Assembly (NCBI GenBank): GCA_046483495.1
Contig: JAWODC010000009.1
Span: 32,001 to 96,000 of the forward strand
Source: Desulfobacterales bacterium
GTDB lineage: Bacteria; Desulfobacterota; Desulfobacteria; Desulfobacterales; UBA5616
Reading direction: 5' to 3'
DNA: 64,000 nt
Of the stretch, positions 40,138-48,678 are shown piece after piece. A program made the position numbers and the translations under genes. Below the pieces are notes generated by a model, which was not told the origin of the DNA, made no database searches, and worked only from the letters and a program-made list of their open reading frames with translations. Every line of letters begins with the position of its first letter. Within the stretch, counting starts at the first letter, position 1.

Positions 40138-40794
40138 TTATTTCAAAGCCTTAATTCGACGCACATCCTCGGATTTGCCAAGCATTATCAATATATCACT
40201 ATCTTTTATTACAAAGCTCGCGGGGGGAACTAAAATGAAGTTTTCCGGGACCAGCTCTTTTATGGCTATTACATGAACATTGTATTTTGCACGCAAATTC
40301 AAATCCTTTAAACTTTTCCCGATGAATTCACGCGGCGGCCCGACTTGAATAAGATCAAACTCTTCTGCAAGCGGAATAAAATCCAGAAAATTCGGCCGTG
40401 AAAGACCGCGCGATACGCGCAAAGCCATATCCCGCTCTGGATGGATAATTTCAGTAGCCCCAACTTTTCTGAGAATTTTTGCATGATCATCATCCAACGC
40501 TTTTGCCAGAATTTTCTTGACCCCGATCTCTTGAAGATAGAGACAAATTAGTATGCTGATACTGATCTTGGTTCCGGTAGATACAATTACCCCGTCCATA
40601 TTTTCCAGGCCAAGCGACCTTAAAGCCTCTTTATCTGTGGCGTTAAGTACAACCGCTTCCGTGGAATACGGATCGATGGCCTGCACCCTGGCTCTATCTG
40701 CATCAACGGCAATGACCTCGTTTCCGTCTTCATAAAGAGCTTTTGCTGCGTGAAAGCCGAAATTGCCAAGCCCTATTACTGCAAAATGTTTCAT
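40138..40794 (-). CDS. ktrA: KtrA/TrkA family K+ uptake regulatory subunit
   Basis: FAVIGLGNFG Rossmann motif, KVGATEIIHPERDMA, GKSLKDLNLR RCK_C. Confidence 0.92.
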   Translation of the reverse strand: MKHFAVIGLGNFGFHAAKALYEDGNEVIAVDADRARVQAIDPYSTEAVVLNATDKEALRSLGLENMDGVIVSTGTKISISILICLYLQEIGVKKILAKALDDDHAKILRKVGATEIIHPERDMALRVSRGLSRPNFLDFIPLAEEFDLIQVGPPREFIGKSLKDLNLRAKYNVHVIAIKELVPENFILVPPASFVIKDSDILIMLGKSEDVRRIKALK

Positions 40795-40807
40795 ATTTTC
40801 TCCGTAT

Positions 40808-42178
40808 CTATCCGACCATTAAATTTTCTTCGGAATATTCGATGCCGTTCATTAAACCCGCACCTACAATGATATAGGCAAACGTCAGAACACCAACCCG
40901 GCCGATGATCATCATCAAAATTATCCAAAATTTACCCCACGTGCTGAGCATCGGTGTCACACCCATTGACAACCCAACAGTGCCGAAAGCCGAAACAGTT
41001 TCAAACAAATAAGTTATAAAAGATCGTTGCTGAAATGGGACCTCTCGGCCGACTGCAGCATCCCCTGCAAGGATGAAAAACAATACCAAGCTGATAATCC
41101 CGATCGAAAGGAGAACCAACGAAATACTCCGGGACACGGTTTCCGGGGGAATGCTTTTTTTAAACATATTTACCCGTCGTTGGTGTCGTATTCGACAAAT
41201 CATGAATGCCGTTATTATCGCCAGCGTTGTCGTTTTTACGCCGCCTCCGGCGGAACCGGGCGAAGCCCCAAAAAACATTAGAAAGATAATTAGTGCAAGT
41301 GTAGCTTCCTGTAATTGGGCAATGTCCACCGTATTAAAACCCGCGGTCCGGCTGGTGATCGATTGAAACACGGAAACCAAGATGTAATGAGGGATAGATT
41401 GGGATTCTTCCATTTTGTGACGCTCAAGAACGAAAAACAAGAAAGCACCGGCTGCTATCAAAATGAGTGTGGTTAATAGAACGACTTTGGTCTGAATCGA
41501 AAGGCGAAACCGCTTTTTCTTTCGGTTCTTAAATGAAGACTTCAAATCATATAAAACCGGAAATCCAATGCCGCCAATCACGATTAAACTGCAGATGATA
41601 ACATTTACATAAATATTTTCAGTGTAATGCATCAGGCTGTCACTAAAAAGAGAAAATCCGGCATTGCAAAAAGCTGAAACCGAATGAAAGATTGCCACGT
41701 AAACAGCTTTATAGAACGGAAAATCCTGAATCCAACAAAATGTCAACAAGACGGCCCCGACCGCTTCCACAAGAAAGGTAACCAGGACGATATTTTTGAG
41801 CAGCTTAAGGATATCCTCTCTTGGTGTATGTGCGAACATGTCTTGAACAGCCATTCGTTGGCGAATAGAGATGTTCCGTCTGATAAACCGGAAGAGCATC
41901 ACTGCAAACGTTATAACTCCCACGCCGCCTATTTGAATGAGGAATAGAATGACCCCCTGGCCGAATGCCGTAAAAAAGCCACCGGTATCTACGACAATGA
42001 GCCCGGTTACGCATATGGCGGATGTGGCCGTAAAAACCGCATCGATCCAATGAATTTCACCTGTCTTGGTGGAAACAGGTAATTTAAGTACAAGGGTTCC
42101 CGCCAAAATCGCTATCAGAAAGCTTGCAAACACGAGAGTCGCGGGGTGCAGCTTGAGTAGTCTACTTCGAAACGTCAT
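40808..42178 (-). CDS. ktrB: KtrB/TrkH family K+ uptake membrane subunit
   Basis: Four pore loops SAICVTGL, SAFCNAGF, SRTAGF, SAFGTVGLS; also GGGVKTTT and GRVG. Confidence 0.93.
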   Translation of the reverse strand: MTFRSRLLKLHPATLVFASFLIAILAGTLVLKLPVSTKTGEIHWIDAVFTATSAICVTGLIVVDTGGFFTAFGQGVILFLIQIGGVGVITFAVMLFRFIRRNISIRQRMAVQDMFAHTPREDILKLLKNIVLVTFLVEAVGAVLLTFCWIQDFPFYKAVYVAIFHSVSAFCNAGFSLFSDSLMHYTENIYVNVIICSLIVIGGIGFPVLYDLKSSFKNRKKKRFRLSIQTKVVLLTTLILIAAGAFLFFVLERHKMEESQSIPHYILVSVFQSITSRTAGFNTVDIAQLQEATLALIIFLMFFGASPGSAGGGVKTTTLAIITAFMICRIRHQRRVNMFKKSIPPETVSRSISLVLLSIGIISLVLFFILAGDAAVGREVPFQQRSFITYLFETVSAFGTVGLSMGVTPMLSTWGKFWIILMMIIGRVGVLTFAYIIVGAGLMNGIEYSEENLMVG

Positions 42179-42740
42179 GTTTGATCCTCGGATTGAGAAA
42201 ATATTCACATCGGGTATGATCTTTTGTTTCACAGATGTCATGCAATCGTTTTCCCCCGAGCACCAACCAATTTTTATATGCACGACAGGTAATCATTTCA
42301 GCTTGGTTGTCAACCGGTTTGTAACTTAAAAAAGGGCAGAGGGTTTCCAAAAATTTCCTGAGCCCAATAGCTTGTTCTTCTCGAACTTCGGACACAAGAT
42401 TAAAAGGATCGATATATTTATCGACAGGCTGGATCTTTATATAGTCCATCCCCGCCTTCTGAAGCTTGAGAGCCAGTTTACGATTAGGTCGTTCCATGAT
42501 TCCAAAGACAATTTTATTTTCTGTCAATGGGCTGCTTGTAAGAATTTTGCATAACTCCACGATCTGTTCGTTCAGGGAGAGAGATCGGTTTGGAAAAATG
42601 ATCACGATAAACTTGACTTCGTTTTCAACAGCTTTTTTAAAACACTGGAGCGGAGTAAACGCCATAAACACATCCTCAGAAGTCGAGACTGCCGGCTTCG
42701 ATGCGAAGCAACAAACTACTAAGGGTAATCGTTCAGTCAT
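42162..42740 (-). CDS. Hypothetical protein: degenerate receiver-like domain plus C-terminal Cys4 motif
   Basis: GAAGGGGG SD; ELCKILTSSPLTENK and KAGMDYI resemble REC segments; CPFL..CRAY..C..C tail; overlaps the ktrB start. Confidence 0.7.
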   Translation of the reverse strand: MTERLPLVVCCFASKPAVSTSEDVFMAFTPLQCFKKAVENEVKFIVIIFPNRSLSLNEQIVELCKILTSSPLTENKIVFGIMERPNRKLALKLQKAGMDYIKIQPVDKYIDPFNLVSEVREEQAIGLRKFLETLCPFLSYKPVDNQAEMITCRAYKNWLVLGGKRLHDICETKDHTRCEYFLNPRIKHDVSK

Positions 42741-42788
42741 TTGCGCTGCCCCCTTCATAAACAGTTTTTATTCAGGGAACTTTTGTGC

Positions 42789-42804
42789 AGCAAAATAAGT
42801 GCCA
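42789..42804 (-). promoter_or_regulatory. Sigma54 (-24/-12) promoter
   Basis: Minus strand reads TGGCAC-TTATT-TTGCT, matching TGGCAC-N5-TTGCW. Confidence 0.9.
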
Positions 42805-42879
42805 TTCACGGTATATCTTTATTTTAATTGCTATTTTAGTCTTGTGTATGGAATAAAGCGGAAGGTTGCTTGATTAAGA

Positions 42880-42915
42880 TTGTATTTTGCAGGGAAATAC
42901 CATTGCATTATGCAA
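42880..42915. promoter_or_regulatory. Paired enhancer (UAS) candidates for the sigma54 activator
   Basis: TTGCA-TTA-TGCAA palindrome (42903-42915) and degenerate TTGTA-TTT-TGCAG (42880-42892), about 80-110 bp upstream of the -24 element. Confidence 0.65.
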
Positions 42916-42917
42916 GA

Positions 42918-44237
42918 TCAATCCAATTGGTATTTTTTTCGCTTGCGCCACAATGTAGCCGGATCGATCCCCAGCACTTTGGCGGCTTCGTCAAGAGAAG
43001 AGGAATGCATAATAACGTTTTGTATATGGCGTTTCTCGACCTCGGCCAGGCTCTTGAATGCCTCTTCGACAGGCGGATTGAAAAATGCAATGTTTGGAGA
43101 AAAATCTGAAAGCGTCAGATCTGAACCGCGTGCTATCACCACTGCACGTTCGATGGCGTTTATAAGTTCCCGTATATTGCCGGGCCATGGATACCGTTGC
43201 AGGTGCTGCATGGATTCTGTTGAAATAAATCGAATATTTTTTTCGTTCAAGTGGGTAGAACGTTTCAGGTAATGTTCGGCAAGAAGTTGGATATCTTCCG
43301 GCCGTTCCCGTAAAGGAGGCAAAAACAGCTCTAATACATTCAATCGGAAATAAAGATCCTCCCTGAAAGCCCCTTCGCGAACATTTTCCTCTAAATCCCT
43401 ATTTGTTGCGGCGATAATACGGACATCTACGGTATGGAACCTGGGATCACCTATTCGCTCGTATTCGCGGTTTTGCAAAAATCTCAGCAGTTTTCCCTGA
43501 ACCGAGACTGGAATCTCTGCAACCTCATCCAAGAATATAGTGCCCCCGCCCGCTAATGCAAGCTTGCCTTCTTTATCCCGAATAGCTCCGGTGAATGCAC
43601 CTTTAACATGGCCGAACAAATCGCTTTCAAGCAGGTTTTCATGCAAAGCCGCACAATCCACTGTAACAAAAGGTTTTCCGGAACGGGGGCTCCAGTCATG
43701 TATTAACTGTGCCAACAATCCTTTGCCGGTACCGCTTTCTCCGCCGATTAAAATAGTCGCTTCAGAATCCGCCGCCTGGCGGGCGGTTTGAAGTATTTTT
43801 TGCATCCGATGATTTCGAGTCAGTATGCCACCCTCGGAAAAAATGCCTTTCAGCGTTGCAATCTCCATCTCCATTTGATGAAGGCGGTTCAGCCTTTCCA
43901 GTACAAGATCCAACTGGCCCGGAACAAATGGTTTAGGTAAATAGTCGAATGCGCCCATTTTGACGGCATTTACAGCGGTCTCGATTGTAGCATAGGCGGT
44001 GATCATTATCACTTGGCTCTTTTGGCCGCTCTTCATAATATCTTTGAGCACCTCAAGTCCGTTTTTGTCGGGCAGTTTCATATCGAGCATGACCAGGTCA
44101 GGAGCTTCACATCGGAAAGCCTGAATGCCCTTTGAACCCGATGCGGCTGCGGTAACGTCGAATCCTTTATCTTCAAGGTAAATCTGAAGGGTGGTCAGGA
44201 TGTTTTGATCATCATCAATTATCAATGCCTTTTTCAT
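42918..44237 (-). CDS. Sigma54-dependent response regulator (NtrC family)
   Basis: REC domain (IIDDD, LDMKLP), GESGTGKG, GAFTGA, FLDEV, WPGNIREL, Fis-type HTH GIDPATLWRK. Confidence 0.95.
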   Translation of the reverse strand: MKKALIIDDDQNILTTLQIYLEDKGFDVTAAASGSKGIQAFRCEAPDLVMLDMKLPDKNGLEVLKDIMKSGQKSQVIMITAYATIETAVNAVKMGAFDYLPKPFVPGQLDLVLERLNRLHQMEMEIATLKGIFSEGGILTRNHRMQKILQTARQAADSEATILIGGESGTGKGLLAQLIHDWSPRSGKPFVTVDCAALHENLLESDLFGHVKGAFTGAIRDKEGKLALAGGGTIFLDEVAEIPVSVQGKLLRFLQNREYERIGDPRFHTVDVRIIAATNRDLEENVREGAFREDLYFRLNVLELFLPPLRERPEDIQLLAEHYLKRSTHLNEKNIRFISTESMQHLQRYPWPGNIRELINAIERAVVIARGSDLTLSDFSPNIAFFNPPVEEAFKSLAEVEKRHIQNVIMHSSSLDEAAKVLGIDPATLWRKRKKYQLD

Positions 44238-45762
44238 TTATTTTCTCCAAGGAAAGGGGGATCCAAAACGTAAAAACAGTACCCTCTCCCTTTCTGCTTT
44301 GAACCTTAATATCACCCCCATGCATTTCAATGATATCCTTTACGATGGCTAAACCGAGACCGATCGTACCGCTTTTGCCGCGTTCGGAAAACTGTGTGAA
44401 ACGGTCGAAAATATAGGGCAGATAAACAGGGTCAATTCCTGACCCTGTGTCACTGCACTGGAAAAATAACCGGTCATCTTGGATATATATTTTTAGACCA
44501 ATATGCCCACCTGGATCGGTATAACGCAATGCGTTGCCGACAAGGTTGGTCAGTACCCATGGGAAACGGAACGAATCGATCGTTACCTTGGGTGGATTTT
44601 CCGGCATATCGATATCGATTGAAATCCCTTGACCTTGGGCCTGCTTGATCAAAGGGGCGAGGCTTTCATATACAACCACAGCGATATCGAGAGTTTCCTT
44701 AGGCCGTGGTCGAGACATGGTTTCCAGTCTTGAAATGTCAACAAGTTCGTTTATCAAAGACGTCAGACGGGTGCAATCTTCATAGGCGGTTGAAAATAGT
44801 TTGTCTCTTCTTTCAATGCCGATTTCTTCTCCGCGACTATACAGCATGCCCACACTCATTGCCAGTGATGTCATAGGTGTTTTAATCTGATGAGAAATAT
44901 CGGCAATAAAGCGACCCTTGGCCTCTTCACTTCGGCGAACTTTCTCTCTTTCGGTCGCAATGATTTCATCCCGGTGATGATCATATTCTTTAAGGCGACT
45001 GAATAGTCGGTTAAAAGATTGCGTCAAAAATCCGGTTTCATCGCTCGACCCTGCCTGGATGATCGGATATTTACCGGTACTTTCCTGGATTCCCGAAATT
45101 TGTCGAGCCAGCTTCATAATGGGTTTTGCGATTCGATGCGACAAAAAATAACTCAAGGTCAAAATCACGGCAATAATAATTCCGAAAAGAACAGCCGCCT
45201 GTTGCTGGGCACGATCAGCTAACATTCGGGTCTTTTGCTCAGCCTGTTCCATGGCATTTTCATTAATGGCTACCAGATCGTCTATTTTTGAAACCATTTC
45301 TGCTGTAAGCTTCAGAAAAGCTGAAAAAAAATCATGAGAAAAGAGATTTTCCGGGTTGTTTTTAATAGTTTCTGCAAGATGTTCATATTCACGGAAATCA
45401 TGTACTAATTGATCCACCAGTTCCTGCTCTCCGGTTTCAGTTACATTTTCTGAACAGATAATCAAATTAACGGAAATGCTTGTCAGTGCCTCGGAAGGAA
45501 AGGACGATAAGGTGTCGCCCTTGGAAACGTGTTCGAGAAACAAATTTCTAATGTCTTCCAGGGTCTTTCGCGCTCCTTGAGCGGAACGGATGCTTTTGTA
45601 ATTTTTAGAAAGAATATGTTCGGCGCTATCTCCCAACACACTTAAGTATTGGTTGTTAAGGATTGCTGCGGCCAAAAGAGCAATGGTGGGGATAAGGCTA
45701 ACAAGAAATATTTTGAACCTTATTGAATGGCGGATGGTTTTTTTTTCTTTGCGGATTGTCAT
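44215..45762 (-). CDS. Membrane sensor histidine kinase (2 TM, periplasmic helical sensor, HAMP)
   Basis: ISHQIKTPMT H-box, NLVGNALRYT, DTGSGI, IFDRF, GLGLAI. Confidence 0.95.
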   Translation of the reverse strand: MTIRKEKKTIRHSIRFKIFLVSLIPTIALLAAAILNNQYLSVLGDSAEHILSKNYKSIRSAQGARKTLEDIRNLFLEHVSKGDTLSSFPSEALTSISVNLIICSENVTETGEQELVDQLVHDFREYEHLAETIKNNPENLFSHDFFSAFLKLTAEMVSKIDDLVAINENAMEQAEQKTRMLADRAQQQAAVLFGIIIAVILTLSYFLSHRIAKPIMKLARQISGIQESTGKYPIIQAGSSDETGFLTQSFNRLFSRLKEYDHHRDEIIATEREKVRRSEEAKGRFIADISHQIKTPMTSLAMSVGMLYSRGEEIGIERRDKLFSTAYEDCTRLTSLINELVDISRLETMSRPRPKETLDIAVVVYESLAPLIKQAQGQGISIDIDMPENPPKVTIDSFRFPWVLTNLVGNALRYTDPGGHIGLKIYIQDDRLFFQCSDTGSGIDPVYLPYIFDRFTQFSERGKSGTIGLGLAIVKDIIEMHGGDIKVQSRKGEGTVFTFWIPLSLEKINEKGIDN

Positions 45763-45924
45763 GATTTATTCCGATAAATACCTATGTGTAATATTCTAAT
45801 TTGATTTTTCGCATTCGCCGCAGTTGAAAAAATCCCCATATGAGCAATATTCGTTTAGCCGGCGTTGCACCCAATCCGGCCTTAAGTCTGCTCCAGAAAA
45901 GTTTGCTTCGAAGGCGAGCAATCC

Positions 45925-45959
45925 AATTGACCGCAAATTGACCGCAAGATGCGGTCAAT
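45925..45959. repeat. AATTGACCGCA x2 direct plus one inverted copy; integrase arm-site-like
   Basis: Direct copies at 45925-45935 and 45936-45946; TGCGGTCAAT at 45950-45959; about 80 bp from the tRNA 3' end. Confidence 0.6.
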
Positions 45960-46040
45960 CATGTCGAAATAGGGCATTTGGGCTCCAAAAAGAAAAATGG
46001 GCTTTCAGCCTTGACTAACTGAAAACCCTTAAGATTTGGA

Positions 46041-46114
46041 TGGGCCGTGAAGGAATCGAACCTTCAACCTACTGATTAAGAGTCAGGTGCTCTGCCTAAT
46101 TGAGCTAACGGCCC
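46041..46114 (-). tRNA. tRNA-Lys (CTT), CCA not encoded
   Basis: GGGCCGT acceptor pairs with ACGGCCC; D-arm TAGCTCAATTAGGCAGAGC; anticodon loop CT-CTT-AA; T-loop GGTTCGATTCC. Confidence 0.97.
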
Positions 46115-46296
46115 TTATGGTATTGTCATAAAGTTAATCTGGTTAGCAACTTTGTCCCTGGATGTCAATTCTTTTTAATGTCCATCCCGAAATGTCTGAT
46201 TCACTCCATTTCTGCGCCGGCCGGAAAATTTTAATCCCAGAATACGTAACGTCTTCCTGCGTTTAAAGTTTCCCTCTGTTTTGACGCATTCTCAAC

Positions 46297-47046
46297 TCAT
46301 ACCGGCCACATCTTTTCCTTGTGTTTGCGCATCTGTTTGCGGTCTTTTTTCCATGGCTGCTTGGCCGGTTTGCGATCTTTTGAATTCGGCTTCCCATGCC
46401 GCGCCACCCGGGAGGTATTTATCAGGAAACTGCCGGGCATTATCGGTTCGGGTCTTTCCGCATGGGCTTCTCCCGATTTCGAGTCGGTTTTCTCCCGGGG
46501 CAGGGGAGGGGCGGTAAAGCACCCTACCGGGATGAATTCGGATATGTAAAGACCTCCGTATTGTTCGAAGAACGATCCGTTCTCGACGGCGGAGTGTGCA
46601 TGGACCGTTAACTGAACCGGGTGCGAATCGATGCGCTTTCCCATCCGAAGCGCCATATCCGGATCCGGTGACAGAATGATGCGATCCGTTCCGGCCGGGA
46701 AAATTCCGCGGTTTACGACATGATGATGGGCTCTTTGGCGTATACAGGTATACAGGAGCTTCGGTAAATTTTCAGCCGGCGACGTTAGGGATAACGATTC
46801 CCGGTCAGCGGCTCGAATCCGGTTTTCGCTGATTTCGATCACGGGGTTTTCGAGGGACAGGCAGATCTCGTCAAGGGAGGCGCGCCGCACATGCCGCCAT
46901 CCGTCTTCCTCGCATAAGGCCTTCAACAGGTCCTTGATTTTGACATACCCCTCGGGATCCGGCACCAGCCCGAATTCATCGGGCCTGCGGCCGAGAACAT
47001 AGCTCAGAAACTTGGCAAGCTTGTTCAGCTGTTGATAGCGCGTCAT
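46297..47046 (-). CDS. RNA 2'-phosphotransferase (Tpt1/KptA)-like protein with degenerate active site
   Basis: LAKFLSYVLGRRPDEFGL.PD.EGYV..DLL, RIRA, LPKLLY, ILSPDPDMALRMGKR, EFIP match the KptA layout. Confidence 0.78.
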   Translation of the reverse strand: MTRYQQLNKLAKFLSYVLGRRPDEFGLVPDPEGYVKIKDLLKALCEEDGWRHVRRASLDEICLSLENPVIEISENRIRAADRESLSLTSPAENLPKLLYTCIRQRAHHHVVNRGIFPAGTDRIILSPDPDMALRMGKRIDSHPVQLTVHAHSAVENGSFFEQYGGLYISEFIPVGCFTAPPLPREKTDSKSGEAHAERPEPIMPGSFLINTSRVARHGKPNSKDRKPAKQPWKKDRKQMRKHKEKMWPV

Positions 47047-47166
47047 ACGATTTCGATTTTCAGGGTTGCATCACGTAATGAAATTGCCTCTAATCTTTTC
47101 ATCTTGACAAGAAATGTCAATACGTATTTATGAAACAGGCAACCCAATTATGAAAGGATGTGCAGA

Positions 47167-48456
47167 ATGAAACAGGAAAACTCCCGAAGAATGTACGAAC
47201 ATTCCGTCACCTATATCCCGGGCGGCGTCAACAGCCCGGTTCGGGCCTGCAAATCCGTCGCCTCGGATCCGATCTTCATCGATCGTGCAAAGGGCGCCAG
47301 AATCTACGATGTGGACGGAAATGAATTGATCGACTATGTCGGGTCCTGGGGACCGATGATATTGGGCCACGGCCATCCGAACGTTGTCAAGGCGGTGGCC
47401 TCCGCCCTTGAAAAAGGAAGCAGCTTCGGCGCCCCCACCGAGCAGGAAACCCGGCTTGCCGAAATGATCGTCGAAGCCGTTGATTCCATAGAAATGGTGC
47501 GGATGGTCAATTCCGGGACCGAGGCGGCCATGAGCGCCGTACGCCTGGCAAGGGGATATACGAAACGGGATACGGTGATCAAATTCGATGGGTGTTACCA
47601 CGGCCATGCAGACACCCTGCTGGTGGCGGCCGGCTCCGGTGTCGCTACGCTTGGCATTCCCGGCAGCCCCGGCGTGCCGGCCGACGTCGTTAAGCATACG
47701 ATATCACTTCCGTATAATGACATTGACGCCTTCGAAGCCGTCATGGCGGAAAAAGGGGACCGGGTGGCGTGCGTTATCGTGGAACCGGTTGCCGGCAATA
47801 TGGGGCTGGTGCCGCCGGCCGAGGGGTTTCTGCCGGCATTGAGAAAATGGACGACACACACCGGAAGCCTTCTGATATTCGATGAAGTGATGACGGGTTT
47901 TCGTGTGGCCTACGGGGGGGGCCAATCACTCTACGGCATATCCCCGGACCTGACCTGCCTGGCAAAAATTATCGGCGGGGGACTGCCGGTCGGCGCGTAT
48001 GGCGGAAGACGCGAGGTGATGACGCAAATCGCGCCGGAAGGGCCCGTTTACCAGGCCGGTACGCTTTCGGGAAATCCCCTGGCCATGGCGGCGGGTATTG
48101 CAACACTGGAGCAGCTGAAAACCCCCGGATTTTACGATGTTCTGGAAAACACCTCCGCGCTCTTGGAGGCGGGGCTTAAAAAAGCGGCGGAAAAACAAGG
48201 CATCCCCGCTGCCGTTCATCGGGTTGGGTCGATGTTGGGCATGTTTTTTACCGATAAAGCGGTAACGAACTTCAGCGACGCAAAGACCGCCGATCTCGAT
48301 TATTTTGCATCGTATTACAAGGAAATGCTGGCCGGCGGGGTATACCTTGCTCCGTCACAGTTCGAATCGATTTTCGTTTCCGCGGCGCATACGGATTCGG
48401 ACATCGAACTGACGATCGCCGCAGTCGATACGGCATTCGAGAACCTCGGCCGGTAA
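47167..48456 (+). CDS. hemL: Glutamate-1-semialdehyde 2,1-aminomutase
   Basis: [60 protein letters not shown]. Confidence 0.97.
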   Translation: MKQENSRRMYEHSVTYIPGGVNSPVRACKSVASDPIFIDRAKGARIYDVDGNELIDYVGSWGPMILGHGHPNVVKAVASALEKGSSFGAPTEQETRLAEMIVEAVDSIEMVRMVNSGTEAAMSAVRLARGYTKRDTVIKFDGCYHGHADTLLVAAGSGVATLGIPGSPGVPADVVKHTISLPYNDIDAFEAVMAEKGDRVACVIVEPVAGNMGLVPPAEGFLPALRKWTTHTGSLLIFDEVMTGFRVAYGGGQSLYGISPDLTCLAKIIGGGLPVGAYGGRREVMTQIAPEGPVYQAGTLSGNPLAMAAGIATLEQLKTPGFYDVLENTSALLEAGLKKAAEKQGIPAAVHRVGSMLGMFFTDKAVTNFSDAKTADLDYFASYYKEMLAGGVYLAPSQFESIFVSAAHTDSDIELTIAAVDTAFENLGR

Positions 48457-48678
48457 GAAGAGCGCCATTTGAGTGTCCGATCGAAAGCACCCATCAGATA
48501 ATGCATCGGAGCGGCGCCTTGTCGGGTCCAACGGCCGTTGCTTTTCAAGAGGGGAATACCATTGTGCTGAAAACGGGAAATGTGGTATGAAGCTGGAACT
48601 GTTTTCCGTCTGTAAGGCTTTAATCCCTTTCCAACCCAAGACGATAACCTGCCATCATCAATGACTGAGGTGACCCGC

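Noticed and set aside
45763..46040. Integrase gene or pseudogene beside tRNA-Lys
   Set aside because: No frame shows tyrosine-recombinase catalytic motifs.
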